A stretch of DNA of 62,800 bases, filler included, from Octopus bimaculoides (lineage: Eukaryota), in the NCBI RefSeq assembly GCF_001194135.2. It is 5 parts of 5 records of this genome, joined end to end, with 100 filler letters (N's around TTAATTAATTAA, not from the genome) between each part and the next. Parts side by side here need not be neighbours in the genome. Positions count along the whole stretch, not along the records: positions 12,048 to 39,896 come from NC_068985.1; positions 39,997 to 51,398 come from NC_068988.1; 3 more parts are not named here. The stretch is one strand, 5' to 3'. The translations under genes and the position numbers were made by a program. Below are positions 37,656-51,295 of this stretch, one piece after another. Below the pieces are notes generated by a model, which saw only the letters and a program-made list of their open reading frames with translations, was not told the DNA's origin and did no database searches. Every line of letters begins with the position of its first letter. Positions within the stretch are counted from its first letter, which is position 1.

Positions 37656-38247
37656 CTGTTTTAAAAACAAGTCTAGAGTTATTTGCTTATAAGAAACTTT
37701 TCCCGCTCTCTATAGATTTCTCGGTAACACGTAGAAGTTTTTGTTATGTTAGTAGAAACTTTTGCACTTCGTGGACCTGCTTGAAAAATAAAACTCGTAA
37801 ACCTGGGATGTAGAAAAGCGGAGCCTCGTAAAGTGAGGTATTATTGTAGATTATTGATGAAAAAAGTCAAAAGGTGGAGAAGGTCAAACCTAAATCGATA
37901 ATGTAGTTTTATATATATGCTGTCTGAATTTTTTTCTTTTTTTGTAAGTAAACAATAAAAGGCGGGATGGTCACAGCTGCAACGCCTTTGATGATAAGGT
38001 CTGAGTTCGATGAAAGCTAACTTATGGTTAAACAATAATGGCGGCTAACGATTTTTTAAATATATTTTTGAGATAAAGGAAGGAAAAAAAAAAATAAATT
38101 TCACAACCACCACCACCATCACTTCTCCATCACTCCCTCACCCAGGCTGAAAGACAGGAGAGTGAAAAAAAGAAAGAGTGGAGGAAGAGGGAGAGGGAGG
38201 GAGAGAGAGTGGGAGGGATAGAGAGACAAAGAGAAAGAGAGAGACAA

Positions 38248-38286
<39 letters not shown>

Positions 38287-38514
38287 AAGACAGACAGACA
38301 GAGAGTGAGAGAGAGACAGACAGACAGAGAGACAGAAAGACACAGAGAGAGACAGACAGAGAGTGAGAGAGAGACAGAGAGAGACAGAGAGAGACAGACA
38401 GAGAGACAGAGAGAGAGACAGACAGACAGACAGAGAGTGAGAGAGAGAGACACACACACACACACACACAGAGTGAGAGAGAGAGAGGTGGGGAGAAAAT
38501 GAAAGGAAAATAGG

Positions 38515-38517
38515 ACA

Positions 38518-38551
<34 letters not shown>

Positions 38552-38577
38552 ATGAAGATGATGATGATGATGATGAA

Positions 38578-38658
<81 letters not shown>

Positions 38659-38708
38659 GATGATGATGACGATGATGACGATGATGATGATGATGGTGAT
38701 GATGGTGG

Positions 38709-38757
<49 letters not shown>

Positions 38758-38760
38758 GTT
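38515..38760. repeat. Compound (GCT)n/(GAT)n/(GGT)n microsatellite
   Basis: Directly visible. Confidence 0.95.
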
Positions 38761-38974
38761 GTTATTGTTGAGCTAGCAGAATCGCTAGAGTAGAGTATCA
38801 GGAAACCTGTTTTTTTTCTTGTTTTTTTTCGGTATTTATTTCAATCCTTTACGCTCTGAGTTCAAATACCGCCGAGTTCAACGGTGCCTTTCATCCTTTC
38901 AAGGTTTGAGATAAAATAAAAATACCAGCCAAGAACTGGAGTCAATAAAAATGGGCTGAAATTCTTCTCTCATA

Positions 38975-39377
38975 GTTACTCTTTTACTCTCTTTTACTTG
39001 TTTCAGTCATTTGATTGTGGCCATGCTGGAGCACCGCTTTTAGTCTAGCAAATCGACCCCAGGACTTATTCTTTGTAAGCCTAGTACTTATTCTATCGGT
39101 CTCTCTTTTGCCGAACCGCTAAGTTACGGGGATGCAACCACACCAGAATCGGTTGTCAAGCGATGTTGGGGGGACAAACACAGACATATATATATACACA
39201 CATATACATATATACGACGGGCTTCTTTCAGTTTCCGTCTACCAAATCCACTCACAAGGCTTTGGTCGGCCAGAGGCTACAGTACAAGACATTTGCCCAA
39301 AGTGCCACGCAGTGGGACTGAACCCGGAACCATGTGGATGGTAAGCAAACTACTTACCACACAGCCACTTCTGCACC
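38975..39377 (-). mobile_element. Full-length family A SINE
   Basis: Same structure as other copies. Confidence 0.85.
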
Positions 39378-41732
39378 TGTATATATTTTCAAAAATAAAT
39401 TTTATTATTTGCAGGTATTTATTTTGTTATAAATGCAAAACAACAGCACGGAGGAATCGACGTAAGCTTAAATAATAGACCACGATATGGTGAACAGCGA
39501 TAGGTGAACCGCAATTTGGCGAAGGATTACTGAACAGGCTTATAAAGCAGGCACAAAAGAGCTGTCCCTATAAAAACGACACCCGAGACGGACTGCCCTT
39601 CTCGCCCCTAGTCTTAGCTACGCTACTGGGTGGTATTTGTTCCAGCTCCCTGGATTTAATTTAAATCCTGCCGAGGTCAACTTTGTACTTCGTCAATTAT
39701 TTTTTTGTTTCTTGTTCATTTTCATTTTTTTTCTTTCGAGGCTAATAATAAAAAAAAGTACGAATCGAGGACGTTGGTGGATTGGCTGAACTGCTACAGG
39801 ACCGGGTGAAATAACACCTACGACGGCACACATGCTCAACTATTCCGGCCCAAGTCAGTAGCCTTTTTACTAAGGATAGATGCCAAAGGCATGGGTNNNN
39901 NNNNNNNNNNNNNNNNNNNNNNNNNNNNNNNNNNNNNNNNTTAATTAATTAANNNNNNNNNNNNNNNNNNNNNNNNNNNNNNNNNNNNNNNNNNNNATAT
40001 ATATACATGTATGTATGTATGTATGTATATATTCATATGTGTGTGTGTGTATGCATAAGTTTGTAAATCTCAGATAGCTTGAATGTGGCCATTTCGTTAT
40101 ATATAAGTGTCTAAAGGTAAGCGCGTGTGAATGCATCTGTTTTGTTAAGTATCTAAAAATCTATTGCAGCATGGAAGTGTGTATGTATGTATGTATGTAT
40201 GTATGTATGTGCGTGTGTATGCATGCTTGTATGTGTGTATGTATGTGTGTAGGTGAACCTGTTTTGTTAAGTGCTTTGTAGTGTGTGTACGTATGTGTGT
40301 GTATGAGTGTGTGTCTGTACCTGTTTTGTTTTATGTGTACGTAACTGGGCGTGCGTGTGTGTGTGTTTGTGTGTGTGCGAGTGTGTGAGCGTGTGAAACA
40401 GCGTATGAGTGTATCTGTCTTTGATACGTGTGTATGTGTATGTAAGTGTATGTGTGTACATTCATGTAATAGTGTGTGTATTTGTGTATGTTTGTGTATA
40501 TATAGTTGTATTGTTAAGTCTGTTGTATATGTAATTCACTATATGTAAGTCTCGTTCTAGTTTCATTAACTCCGCTGTACTTATTCTGTATGCGTGTGGT
40601 TGTGTACCTGCGTAAGTGTGGGTACGGGTGGGCCTGTGTATGTGTGAGTGTATGAGGATTTCTTTTATTTGCCCCAGCGGGCAATATTGATAAATTGTAT
40701 TGGGATCAATAGATTATTATTGTGAACAATGTTACGTGTCACATTGTAGAGAGAACAGATTTAGGTATAATTCCTCTCAAACTGAACTTCTGGGATTATC
40801 CTTCTCCAAAGACAGCAACAATAACACTAAAAATAACAAAGCCATAATTAAAAAAGAAAAATTAGCAAAGGGAAGTAACTAAAATACACAAATAGCATAA
40901 ATTTCGATAATCAATTAATTAACAGGTAATGCATTAAATATCACATTGCAAAAAAAAATACAGCAAAATTCTTTTTAATTAATTAAAATTTTATTCTTAG
41001 CTGCAGTGGTTAAAAGATGAAAAAAAGGAAAATCCAGCGGCAGCTGTTGACGACTTTCAAAGAAAAGGGGAGATAAATTTAAAGAAATTAACGAATTTCT
41101 CGTGAACAATTTACATGCTTCAAAGAGGAGAAACTCTGACATTATTCGTAGGTAATGAAGAGATATAGACACATGTTTTGCTACAGTATATCTCTGTACT
41201 TCATCAGTACAGTCGAGTACAACAACGCATGCTTGATTATTTCACTGAAATATTTTTACATATCGATAATGCGCAATGAATAATTTATTTATATACATTT
41301 AAAGCGGTCATCATCCTAGATGAATGTGATATCTGATCAAATTACTACATTCATACGAAACGTCTATATTCCACCGCAGATTATTTAGTTATGAGATACT
41401 CATATATAATTCCCGTTCTTGAAGGAAAAACAACTCTTTGCTTGAAGAGTGAAATGATATATTAATTCGCCATCTCCGCCACTAGCAGTAATATAGTGAT
41501 GACAGATTCGCTGTCAATCTCGACGTATAACCCCCAAGCGTTTAATCACCTGAAAAATGTACGCGTTGAATTAGCATGCTATGTGGCTGAGTATCTCGCA
41601 GACACATATTTTTGATGTTAGACAGAATCAGCGTGATACATTTGTGACAAGGCAGGTGATAAAATCCATCCTGCAAGCTTCATAGTTTCGTCAACCTATC
41701 AAATTTCCCCTCTTTCACGCTTTCTCTCTCTG

Positions 41733-41839
<107 letters not shown>

Positions 41840-41936
41840 GTACATACACAGATACATAGGTACATAAATACATATACATAGATACATAGACAGAAGACAG
41901 ACAGACAGACAGACAGACAGACAGTTAGATAGATAA

Positions 41937-41980
<44 letters not shown>

Positions 41981-42189
41981 AACTAATAGTTAATTTAGTT
42001 TGATCCTGAGTAACCGGCTAGATATTGGATCAGATTGAATAAATTATTAAACTCTCGCATTTTGTATTAAACATGCCCCACCCACCTTTCCGTCTGTATA
42101 TATATACGCGTATGTGTATGCGTGTATGAAAGTGTGTGTGCGTGCGCGCGCGCATTTGTATGTCAGTGCATATATATCTATGTGTGTTT

Positions 42190-42240
<51 letters not shown>

Positions 42241-42719
42241 AAAAATGTTTGTTTGTAACTTTGACAAGTGTCATAAGAGCAGCAGCATCTGGTAAATTAG
42301 CCATCTGTATGTATAATTACACAGAGCGCCAGAATTCGCCATAAAAGGAACAGGCCAAGAAGTTAATTATGGACATAGTGAGATAGTGGCGGTGGTAGTG
42401 TTGCCGTGGTATATTATTGATTCATAAAGTTTTACGTCTAAGTGATGCCTGGCTACAGTCTAAATATTAGAATACTTAATAAAGAACCGTATGACGTTGG
42501 TTCGTTACACATACACATAGTTATACAAACACACATATGTACGCACACGTACGTGCACATATATTCATGCAATGAATTAGAAAGAGCCACATAGCGCTAT
42601 AGTCATTCCAACGTCGTTTACAAACACAGATTGTATTATAACAATCTGCAAATCATGTGTGTCGTTTGCTAACGAAAACTCTTATTCATCGGGTCCCCAG
42701 TTTGCGGATAGGGGAACGC

Positions 42720-42758
<39 letters not shown>

Positions 42759-42912
42759 NNNNNNNNNNNNNNNNNNNNNNNNNNNNNNNNNNNNNNNNNN
42801 NNNNNNNNNNNNNNNNNNNNNNNNNNNNNNNNNNNNNNNNNNNNNNNNNNNNNNNNNNNNNNNNNNNNNNNNNNNNNNNNNNNNNNNNNNNNNNNNNNNN
42901 NNNTATATATAA

Positions 42913-42955
<43 letters not shown>

Positions 42956-44444
42956 AGTTTGCTGCGAATACGCAATAAGCTGTCCCGGATAGCATTACAG
43001 ATTGCCCTTTGGCAAGGCATAGCACCCGTTAGTCAATCTGACAGGGTCGCGGTGAAATCCGGAAGCTCTGGATAGAACGGAATTGTCGCTATCATTGAAA
43101 AGCAGGATGGCATCAGGGAATAAAGTGAAAAACATGAAAAATACTGTGCGTTTGGATTTCTTTCCACTTGGCAGAACAAATTACACTTTTAGCAATCGTG
43201 ATTTGGAAAACAATAACGTCAATTTGACTGGCACTGCAATCGTCTATAAGACCTGCGACCATAGACGAGAAATTTGCAATGGAAAGACATTTAATGTACG
43301 AGCAAGCTCGACCAGATGATGACACATCGCTTTATCTCACTTCTACATCAGACAGTGTCACAATCGCTTACATCAGCAGACGCATTATATATATATATAT
43401 ATATATACACAGGGAGAGAGAGAGAAAGGAAGAGGAGGGAGGAAAGAAAGAGAGACAGAGTGAGGGAGAGATGATGCAAAGAAATATATGAACACGCTTA
43501 TGTTTCATATATAAAATATACATATACATGTAAATATACATAGGGATATATAGAGAAAAAAGAAAAGCAACTGAAAATATTCAGAAGATAAACACTATTG
43601 TAAAAGTATATTGGTATTTATATGTTTACAGAACAGATTCACACGTAGTACAAAAATGCAGAAAATCTAAGGGTGAGGGCAGGGTATTTCAGGTCTGACA
43701 GTTGTTACTGGGGTATCGGAATTACGTAATCGTAGTAATGTTGACTAATGGATTGTACAAAGAAATTAAGGATACGCAACCTGTAATGGATGCCTATAAA
43801 CATTACAGTAAATCCGGCCTCCATCATCAGGATAGAAAGATTGAAATCTAATAGTTCAAATTATAATGCAGGGTAGACTGAGTGAAGTAGACCGACAAAA
43901 GTAGGTGGTTCGGGGTACGAGGGTGTGTTAAAGCAGAGGGAGGACAAGAAGAGATAGTAGAGGCGGAGCGGGAGGGAAGATGGGGTGAGTGACCAAGTGA
44001 TTGAGATAAGTAGTTGTGGTGAATCGAGAGATGAGTGGGGAGCGGTTGGATGGAGAGTATTGTGAAGGTTGGAGTCGTAGCTTGGTGCGTTGATTACATT
44101 CGTTATTAATTAGGGTTGATGTAAGTTGTAGATGTGAGCAGGGCTGATGGAGGTTATAGATCTGAGAAACAGAAGTAGGTACGATGAGAAAATGGAGGAG
44201 TGTTTATTGAAATGAAGTGAATTCAACAAGAACCCGCTTAGCACTATCTACCTATTACCATTGCTACTAAGTTATCTTTCCTTTTTCCCTCTCTGTCCAC
44301 CCCTCGCTACTCTCATACCTTTCTACCTACTTCAGTATTCCCCCTCTGCCGACAGCCCACCTTCGTTTATCGAATTTGTCCCTTCGTCTGCCCCCAACCC
44401 ACCTCCGTTTGGCATTTATAACCAGATTCCTTCCCTTCATTTCA

Positions 44445-45013
44445 GATGATCCGATCAATGGAACAGCCTGCTCGTGAAATTAACACGCAAGTGGCTGAGC
44501 ACTCCACAGACACGTCTGCCCTTAATGTAGATGTCAGTGAGATTCAGCGTGATACAAAATGTGATAAGACTGCTCCTTTGAAATACACTCATTCCTTTTT
44601 TTTTTCTTACCAGCTGAGTGAACAGGAGAAACGTGAAATAAAGTGTCTTGCTTAAGGATACAAAGTGGAGGCGCGTGGCTTAGTGGTTACGGTGTCAGCA
44701 TCATGATCGTAACATTGTGGTTTCGATTCCTGGACCGAGCGATCCGTTGGGTTCTTGAGCAAGACACTTCATTTCATGTTGCTCCAGTCCACTCAGCTGG
44801 CAAAAATGAGTAACGCTGCGATGGACTGGCGTCCCGTCCAGCTTGGGAACACATACGCCATTGAAACCGAGAAACCGGGCCCATGAGCCTGTCTAGGCTT
44901 TATAAGGGCTCATTTATTTTATCTATTTAAGGATACAAAGCGTCGCCGGGACACGAACTCGCGATCTCACGATCGTAAGTCAAATGTCCTAACCACTGAG
45001 CCGCACGCCTTCA
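44445..45013 (-). mobile_element. SINE sharing the family E tail, split by a nested SINE
   Basis: gatccgatcaatggaacagcctgctcgtgaaatt tail; head near 45010. Confidence 0.7.
44666..44926 (+). mobile_element. Nested tRNA SINE (ttcttgagcaagacact / gatggactggcgtcccgtccag motifs) with 14-bp TSD ttaaggatacaaag
   Basis: TSD at 44652-44665 and 44927-44940; A and B boxes present. Confidence 0.85.
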
Positions 45014-46058
45014 TCTTGTGTCCATACATCTCGTTACATACATACATTGGTTTTCTCCTTTGTTTATTTATTCTTTCAAGATTTCTCTGTATATTTTCGT
45101 ATTTGCTTCAAAAAAAATCAAATTCTGCTTCGAAATAATTTCACAGGTTTTCTTAGCAAAACCAACAACAAGCAAAAACAATGAAAATCAATAAAATGTC
45201 CAAAGAAGCTGAAATCACACAAAAATCAAAACATCATCTAACACGAAAACTTCCAGTAAAATTCCCACCTGAATATTTAACCCAGCGATCTATCGGCCTT
45301 TTTTTTTTTTTTCCTTGTTTTGTTTTTCTTCTTCAGTGCCATATATCATCTTTTATCCTTTGGGGGTACCATATCATTTACATGGTTTTATTTGTACTGT
45401 TTTTGTTTCGATATTGTTGCTTTTGTTGGTATCATTGTTATTGTTTGTTTGTTTTTTTCTTTTCTTTCCATTCTCTTAATGTCTTTCTCTCTCTCCCTTC
45501 TTTTGTTTGCATGTTGACGCGCGTGCGCATAAACACACACACACGCACACACAAACACATACACACAAACAGAAAAAGACTTAAAGGTGGAGAAGAATTT
45601 CAAATATTCTTTTCGTTGTTCCCTCTTCGCAGTTTATCATTCAACGTCAGTTTTCAATTACTGAAAAGCTCGCTAGCTGATTATTTCAGTTCCTGCCTAC
45701 AAAGTGTTCACAAAACTATTCAAACAACCATTTTTCAGATTTGCTTCCTCTTTCTCTTCTTGTATTTTTTTTATCGCTATTTTTATTTTATTTTCTCTTA
45801 AAATTAATCCCATTTCAGAGACAACAAGGAACCAATAACGATTGATACTTAAATATGTAACGAATTTAGTTCTTTTTTTCTTCTTCTTGTATCGTTAAAC
45901 AGATAGGAGACAAATCTAATATATATTGCAAGTTTCTCAACAAAAAAGTTGGCTACAAATTAAAGCAGTTAAATAAACGAGATTTCGAAGTCTTGTGTAA
46001 AAACACAAAGCCACTCCCGTAAGAATATGCATGTAAGGCCTCCGTTTGTTTATGTTCA

Positions 46059-46395
46059 GCGGCTGTGTGGTAAGAAGCTTGCTTGCCAACCACATGGTTC
46101 CGGGTTCAGTCCCACTGCGTAGCATCTTAGGCAAGTGTCTTCTACTATAGCCACGGGCCGACCAAAGCCTTGTGATTGGATTCAGTAGGCGCAAACTGAA
46201 ATAAGCCTGTCGTATATATACATATATGTATGTGTGTGTGTGTCTATGTTTGTCTCCCATCATCGCTTGACAACCGATGTTAATGAGTTTACGTCTCCGT
46301 AACTTAGCGGTTCGACAAAAGACCGATAGAATAAATACTAGGATTACAAAGAATAAGTCCTGGGGTTGATTTGCTCGACTAAAGACGGTGCTCTA
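46059..46395 (+). mobile_element. Family A SINE
   Basis: Same structure as other copies. Confidence 0.8.
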
Positions 46396-46450
46396 ACACA
46401 TAGTGCAAGTCTTGGTAAGACCTTATGAGAAAAACTGATAATTTCATATA

Positions 46451-46712
46451 CACCTTCTCCTCGACTTACGACCGAGTCCGTTCCGACTGACATGTCGTAA
46501 GTCGATCTGGTAGTATGTTGCATCTATATTTTTCAACACTATTTTCATTCGAATACAATTGATGCTTGAAAATTATTTAGTGAGTCCGAGGGAAACCTGC
46601 GTTGCCAGATGCTGCCATAGTTATTGTAAATGTAGTTGCCCAACGTCCGAATAATGTGGTCGTAAGTGAAGATGTTCGTAAGTCGCATAGGTCGTAAGTC
46701 GAGGAGAAGGTG
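46451..46712. mobile_element. 262-bp pogo/Tigger-type MITE
   Basis: Perfect 23-bp TIR caccttctcctcgacttacgacc (46451-46473, 46690-46712) flanked by TA. Confidence 0.9.
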
Positions 46713-47079
46713 TATAGAGAAGTCAGCTGATGTGTATCCTTACATCCAAGGGAAAAGCTGCCGATGTTGGTCGATGCAATTTGGCACCAGTGTTGTCGCA
46801 AGCGTTGCCGGCAGAACGTAAAAATCCGGAATAGATATCTACAAGGAATCTCAGCTAACCCGTTAACGGTTCCCTGTACATGTAGGGCCTCCGTCGGTGA
46901 ATGTTCACTATGCATCACACGTATAATACAGGTATTAGTGTGGATGCATGGCAATAAATTTGTTTCCCTGTCACGTGGTTCTGGATCCAGTCCCATTGTG
47001 TGGCATCTTCTACTTTAGTTCCGAGACGACCAAAGCCTTATGAGCGCATTTGGTAGATAGAAACTGAAAGGAGACTATC

Positions 47080-47113
<34 letters not shown>

Positions 47114-47896
47114 NNNNNNNNNNNNNNNNNNNNNNNNNNNNNNNNNNNNNNNNNNNNNNNNNNNNNNNNNNNNNNNNNNNNNNNNNNNNNNNNNNNNNNN
47201 NNNNNNNNNNNNNNNNNNNNNNNNNNNNNNNNNNNNNNNNNNNNNNNNNNNNNNNNNNNNNNNNNNNNNNNNNNNNNNNNNNNNNNNNNNNNNNNNNNNN
47301 NNNNNNNNNNNNNNNNNNNNATATATATATAGGGGTATATATGGGTTTTAGTAGCAATTACTGTGTTTTAAATTCGTGCCTCTCAAATGAGTGATATCGA
47401 CTCTTGGGGTATTGGCGGGTGGAGAACTAAATACGGTTACTGGGAACAGGGACAGGTAGTGGTACGATAGGTACATCTTAATTGCCCTAACTTTCGAAAC
47501 ATTTCCGGCTCTAAACGTTCTGAGTTCAAATTCCGCCAAGTCCTTCTTTGCTTTTGGTCCTGTCTGAGTAGTAAAACAAAGCACCACTCGGGTACTGGGG
47601 TCGCTGTAGTCACTGGCTTTTCTCCCTCCAATTTCCCGGCCTTTTCCTCCTCAAAGTTTGTGGGCTTGTGCCAAAGCCATATTAGAGGTCGAAATGTTAC
47701 TTTTATAATTAAAATAGTGTTTATATGGATCTCTCTGTGTATATGTATGTGTCAGAATGTATACGTGTGCACAGACGCGTGTATGTGGGCATGTGTATAT
47801 GTCTGTGCGTGTGTGTCTGTCTGTGTATGTCTGAGTGTGTATATATGTGTGTATGTATCTGTATATGTGCGCATACCCATGTATGTGTATCTGTGT

Positions 47897-47954
<58 letters not shown>

Positions 47955-48642
47955 NNNNNNNNNNNNNNNNNNNNNNNNNNNNNNNNNNNNNNNNNNNNNN
48001 NNNNNNNNNNNNNNNNNNNNNNNNNNNNNNNNNNNNNNNNNNNNNNNNNNNNNNNNNNNNNNNNNNNNNNNNNNNNNNNNNNNNNNNNNNNNNNNNNNNN
48101 NNNNNNNNNNNNNNNNNNNNNNNNNNNNNNNNNNNNNNNNNNNNNNNNNNNNNNNNNNNNNNNNNNNNNNNNNNNNNNNNNNNNNNNNNNNNNNNNNNNN
48201 NNNNNNNNNNNNNNNNNNNNNNNNNNNNNNNNNNNNNNNNNNNNNNNNNNNNNNNNNNNNNNNNNNNNNNNNNNNNNNNNNNNNNNNNNNNNNNNNNNNN
48301 NNNNNNNNNNNNNNNNNNNNNNNNNNNNNNNNNNNNNNNNNNNNNNNNNNNNNNNNNNNNNNNNNNNNNNNNNNNNNNNNNNNNNNNNNNNNNNNNNNNN
48401 NNNNNNNNNNNNNNNNNNNNNNNNNNNNNNNNNNNNNNNNNNNNNNNNNNNNNNNNNNNNNNNNNNNNNNNNNNNNNNNNNNNNNNNNNNNNNNNNNNNN
48501 NNNNNNNNNNNNNNNNNNNNNNNNNNNNNNNNNNNNNNNNNNNNNNNNNNNNNNNNNNNNNNNNNNNNNNNNNNNNNNNNNNNNNNNNNNNNNNNNNNNN
48601 NNNCACGTCAACATTATCTCGGTACTATTTACTTGTGTAAAG

Positions 48643-49440
48643 CCGGCGAGCTGGCAGAAACGTTAGTACACCAGACGAAATGCTTTGCGGTATTTCGACT
48701 TTCTTTACGTTCTGGGTTCAGATTCCGCCGAGGTCGACTTTGCTTTTCATCCTTTCGGGGTCGATTAAATAAGTACCAGTTACGCACTGGGGTCGATGTA
48801 ATCGACTTCATCCCTTTCTGTCCTTGTTTGTTCCCTCTATGTTTAGCCCCTTGGGGCAATAAAGAAATAAGAAACGTTAGCACACCGGGCGAAATGCTTA
48901 GCGGTATTTCGTCTGCCTCTACGTTCTGAGTTCAATTACGTTCGAGGTCGACTATTTACTTCGGCGGCGAGCTGGCAGAATCGTTAGCACGCCGGGCGAA
49001 ATGCTTAGCGGTATTTCGTCTGCCGTTACGGNNNNNNNNNNNNNNNNNNNNNNNNNNNNNNNNNNNNNNNNNNNNNNNNNNNNNAACGAAATAGGTATTT
49101 CAAATTTCTTTACGTTCCGAGTTCAAATTCCGCGGATGTCGACTTTGCCTTTCATCCTTTCGGGGTCGATAAATTAAGTACCAGTTACGCACTGGGGTCC
49201 ATGTAATAGACTTCATCCGTTCGTCTGTTCTTGTTTGTTCCCTCTATGTTTAGCCCCTTGTGGGCAATAACGAAATAGGTATTTCAAATTTCTTTACGTT
49301 CCGAGTTCAAATTCCGCGGATGTCGACTTTGCCTTTCATCCTTTCGGGGCCGATAAATTAAGTACCAGCTGCATAATGGGATCGATCTAATCGACTGGCC
49401 CCCTCCCCAAAAATTTCGGGTCTTGTGTCTAGAGTAAAAA
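48643..49440 (+). mobile_element. Family B SINE multimer cluster
   Basis: Junctions at 48869/48870 and 49277/49278; new head at about 48963; internal gap. Confidence 0.8.
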
Positions 49441-50232
49441 AGATTATTTACTTCTGTGCAACATCATTTTGTATTGAATTTGTAAACACTTTACAAGATT
49501 ATCAGTAAACAGTGACAACAACCCAGTTAGCTAGTCAACTAATTACATCCATTTTTGTTAAAGCCATAGTCAGGATTCAGTTACTTTTCTTTTTACTTCA
49601 GTCTGCTGAGAGAATTTAGTTACTATTCCTTTATATTATAAAAAGACATTCATTAATGACTTCAAGGAAACCCTACGAGTTATCGATTCACTAGTCGCCT
49701 TCATCTTTCTCCCAGGCAATTACTTAGCATTGCATAGCTTACACACTATTTCGATAGCTAGGCTATCAGTACGCCTGTTTACAAATTTAATCGCATATAC
49801 GTTGTGTTGGTGTTTCCGTAATTGTATATGGAATGAATTTGTGTTTTTGTATCTGAATTCAGTCTTTCATATCTTTGTGTTTTGATGATTTATTTCCTGC
49901 TTTCCCTTACGGTCGGCGAGTCAAGATGACAGAAAAGATAAGATGTCAGTCGCTCGACTAAACACCCGTGGGCCAGTATGCAGCCACCTTCCTGCTATTC
50001 ATACAACTGTGCCCACTTGACTTGCACCGAAATGCTTCTCTGCTCTTTGTCAGGTTGCCAAAATCAATATCTGCCTTAGTACCGTTCGTATACGGGCGCA
50101 TTGCTTATGTGTGTATGTGTATGCATATCTATCTATCTATATATATATTTGTGTGTGTGTGTTCGTGTGTGTATATAAATGCAAATATATATGTAGATAG
50201 ATCCATACATACATACATACATACATATATAT

Positions 50233-50271
<39 letters not shown>

Positions 50272-50687
50272 AATGTATATATATTCATATATATATATAT
50301 ATACATATATANNNNNNNNNNNNNNNNNNNNNNNNNNNNNNNNNNNNNNNNNNNNNNNNNNNNNNNNNNNNNNNNNNNNNNNNNNNNNNNNNNNNNNNNN
50401 NNNNNNNNNNNNNNNNNNNNNNNNNNNNNNNNNNNNNNNNNNNNNNNNNNNNNNNNNNNNNNNNNNNNNNNNNNNNNNNNNNNNNNNNNNNNNNNNNNNN
50501 NNNNNNNNNNNNNNNNNNNNNNNNNNNNNNNNNNNNNNNNNNNNNNNNNNNNNNNNNNNNNNNNNNNNNNNNNNNNNNNNNNNNNNNNNNNNNNNNNNNN
50601 NNNNNNNNNNNNNNNNNNNNNNNNNNNNNNNNNNNNNNNNNNNNNNNNNNNNNNNNNNNNNNNNNNNNNNNNNNNNNNNNNNNNNNN

Positions 50688-50723
<36 letters not shown>

Positions 50724-50978
50724 TCACATGACCTCCCTATTATTCGGTAGATTGGTGGTTTCTGCAATTTAAGGTTTCTTCTTACCAGATTCTGTGGTAA
50801 AATAAACATTGCGGAAGATAATCACAGTTTTGTCTTTGAAAAAACGAAGTTCATAACAATTTTTTCTAGTAAAGCCACAAGGACTGAAACTGTGGGAAGA
50901 GGGTAAATGTTTTATCGAATACGAAACAATGAAAGGAAATGTCGACCTCGGTAGAATTTAAACTGAGTATGTAATCCG

Positions 50979-50979
<1 letters not shown>

Positions 50980-51022
<43 letters not shown>

Positions 51023-51295
51023 TATGGTGGTGGTGTTGGTGGTGTTAATAGTAGTAGTAGTGGTGGTAGTGGTGTTAATAGTAGTAGTAGTGGTGGTGGT
51101 GGTGGTGGTAATAGTAGTAGTATTAGTAGTGATGGTGGTGGTAGTGGTGGTGGTGATGGTGGTGGTGGTAATAGTAGTAGAAGTGGTAGTGGAGTAATAG
51201 TAGTAGTTGTAGTACTGCAGGGTAGTAGTAGTGGGGGTAGTATTAGTAGTAGTAGTTGTAGTAGTGGGGGTAGTAGTAGTAGTAGTAGTAGTATG
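50980..51295. repeat. Compound (TAG)n/(TGG)n microsatellite
   Basis: Directly visible. Confidence 0.95.

Noticed and set aside
41063-41151. Plus-strand exon KRGDKFKEINEFLVNNLHASKRRNSDIIR
   Set aside because: Weak acceptor; the stronger acceptor at 41000 gives stops in all frames; no supporting context.
43083-43319. 78-aa ORF in unique sequence
   Set aside because: Non-ATG start call, no recognisable motif and no convincing splice sites.
45181-45801. 206-aa plus-strand ORF
   Set aside because: T-rich low-complexity sequence with (CA)n; no domain or coding-like composition.
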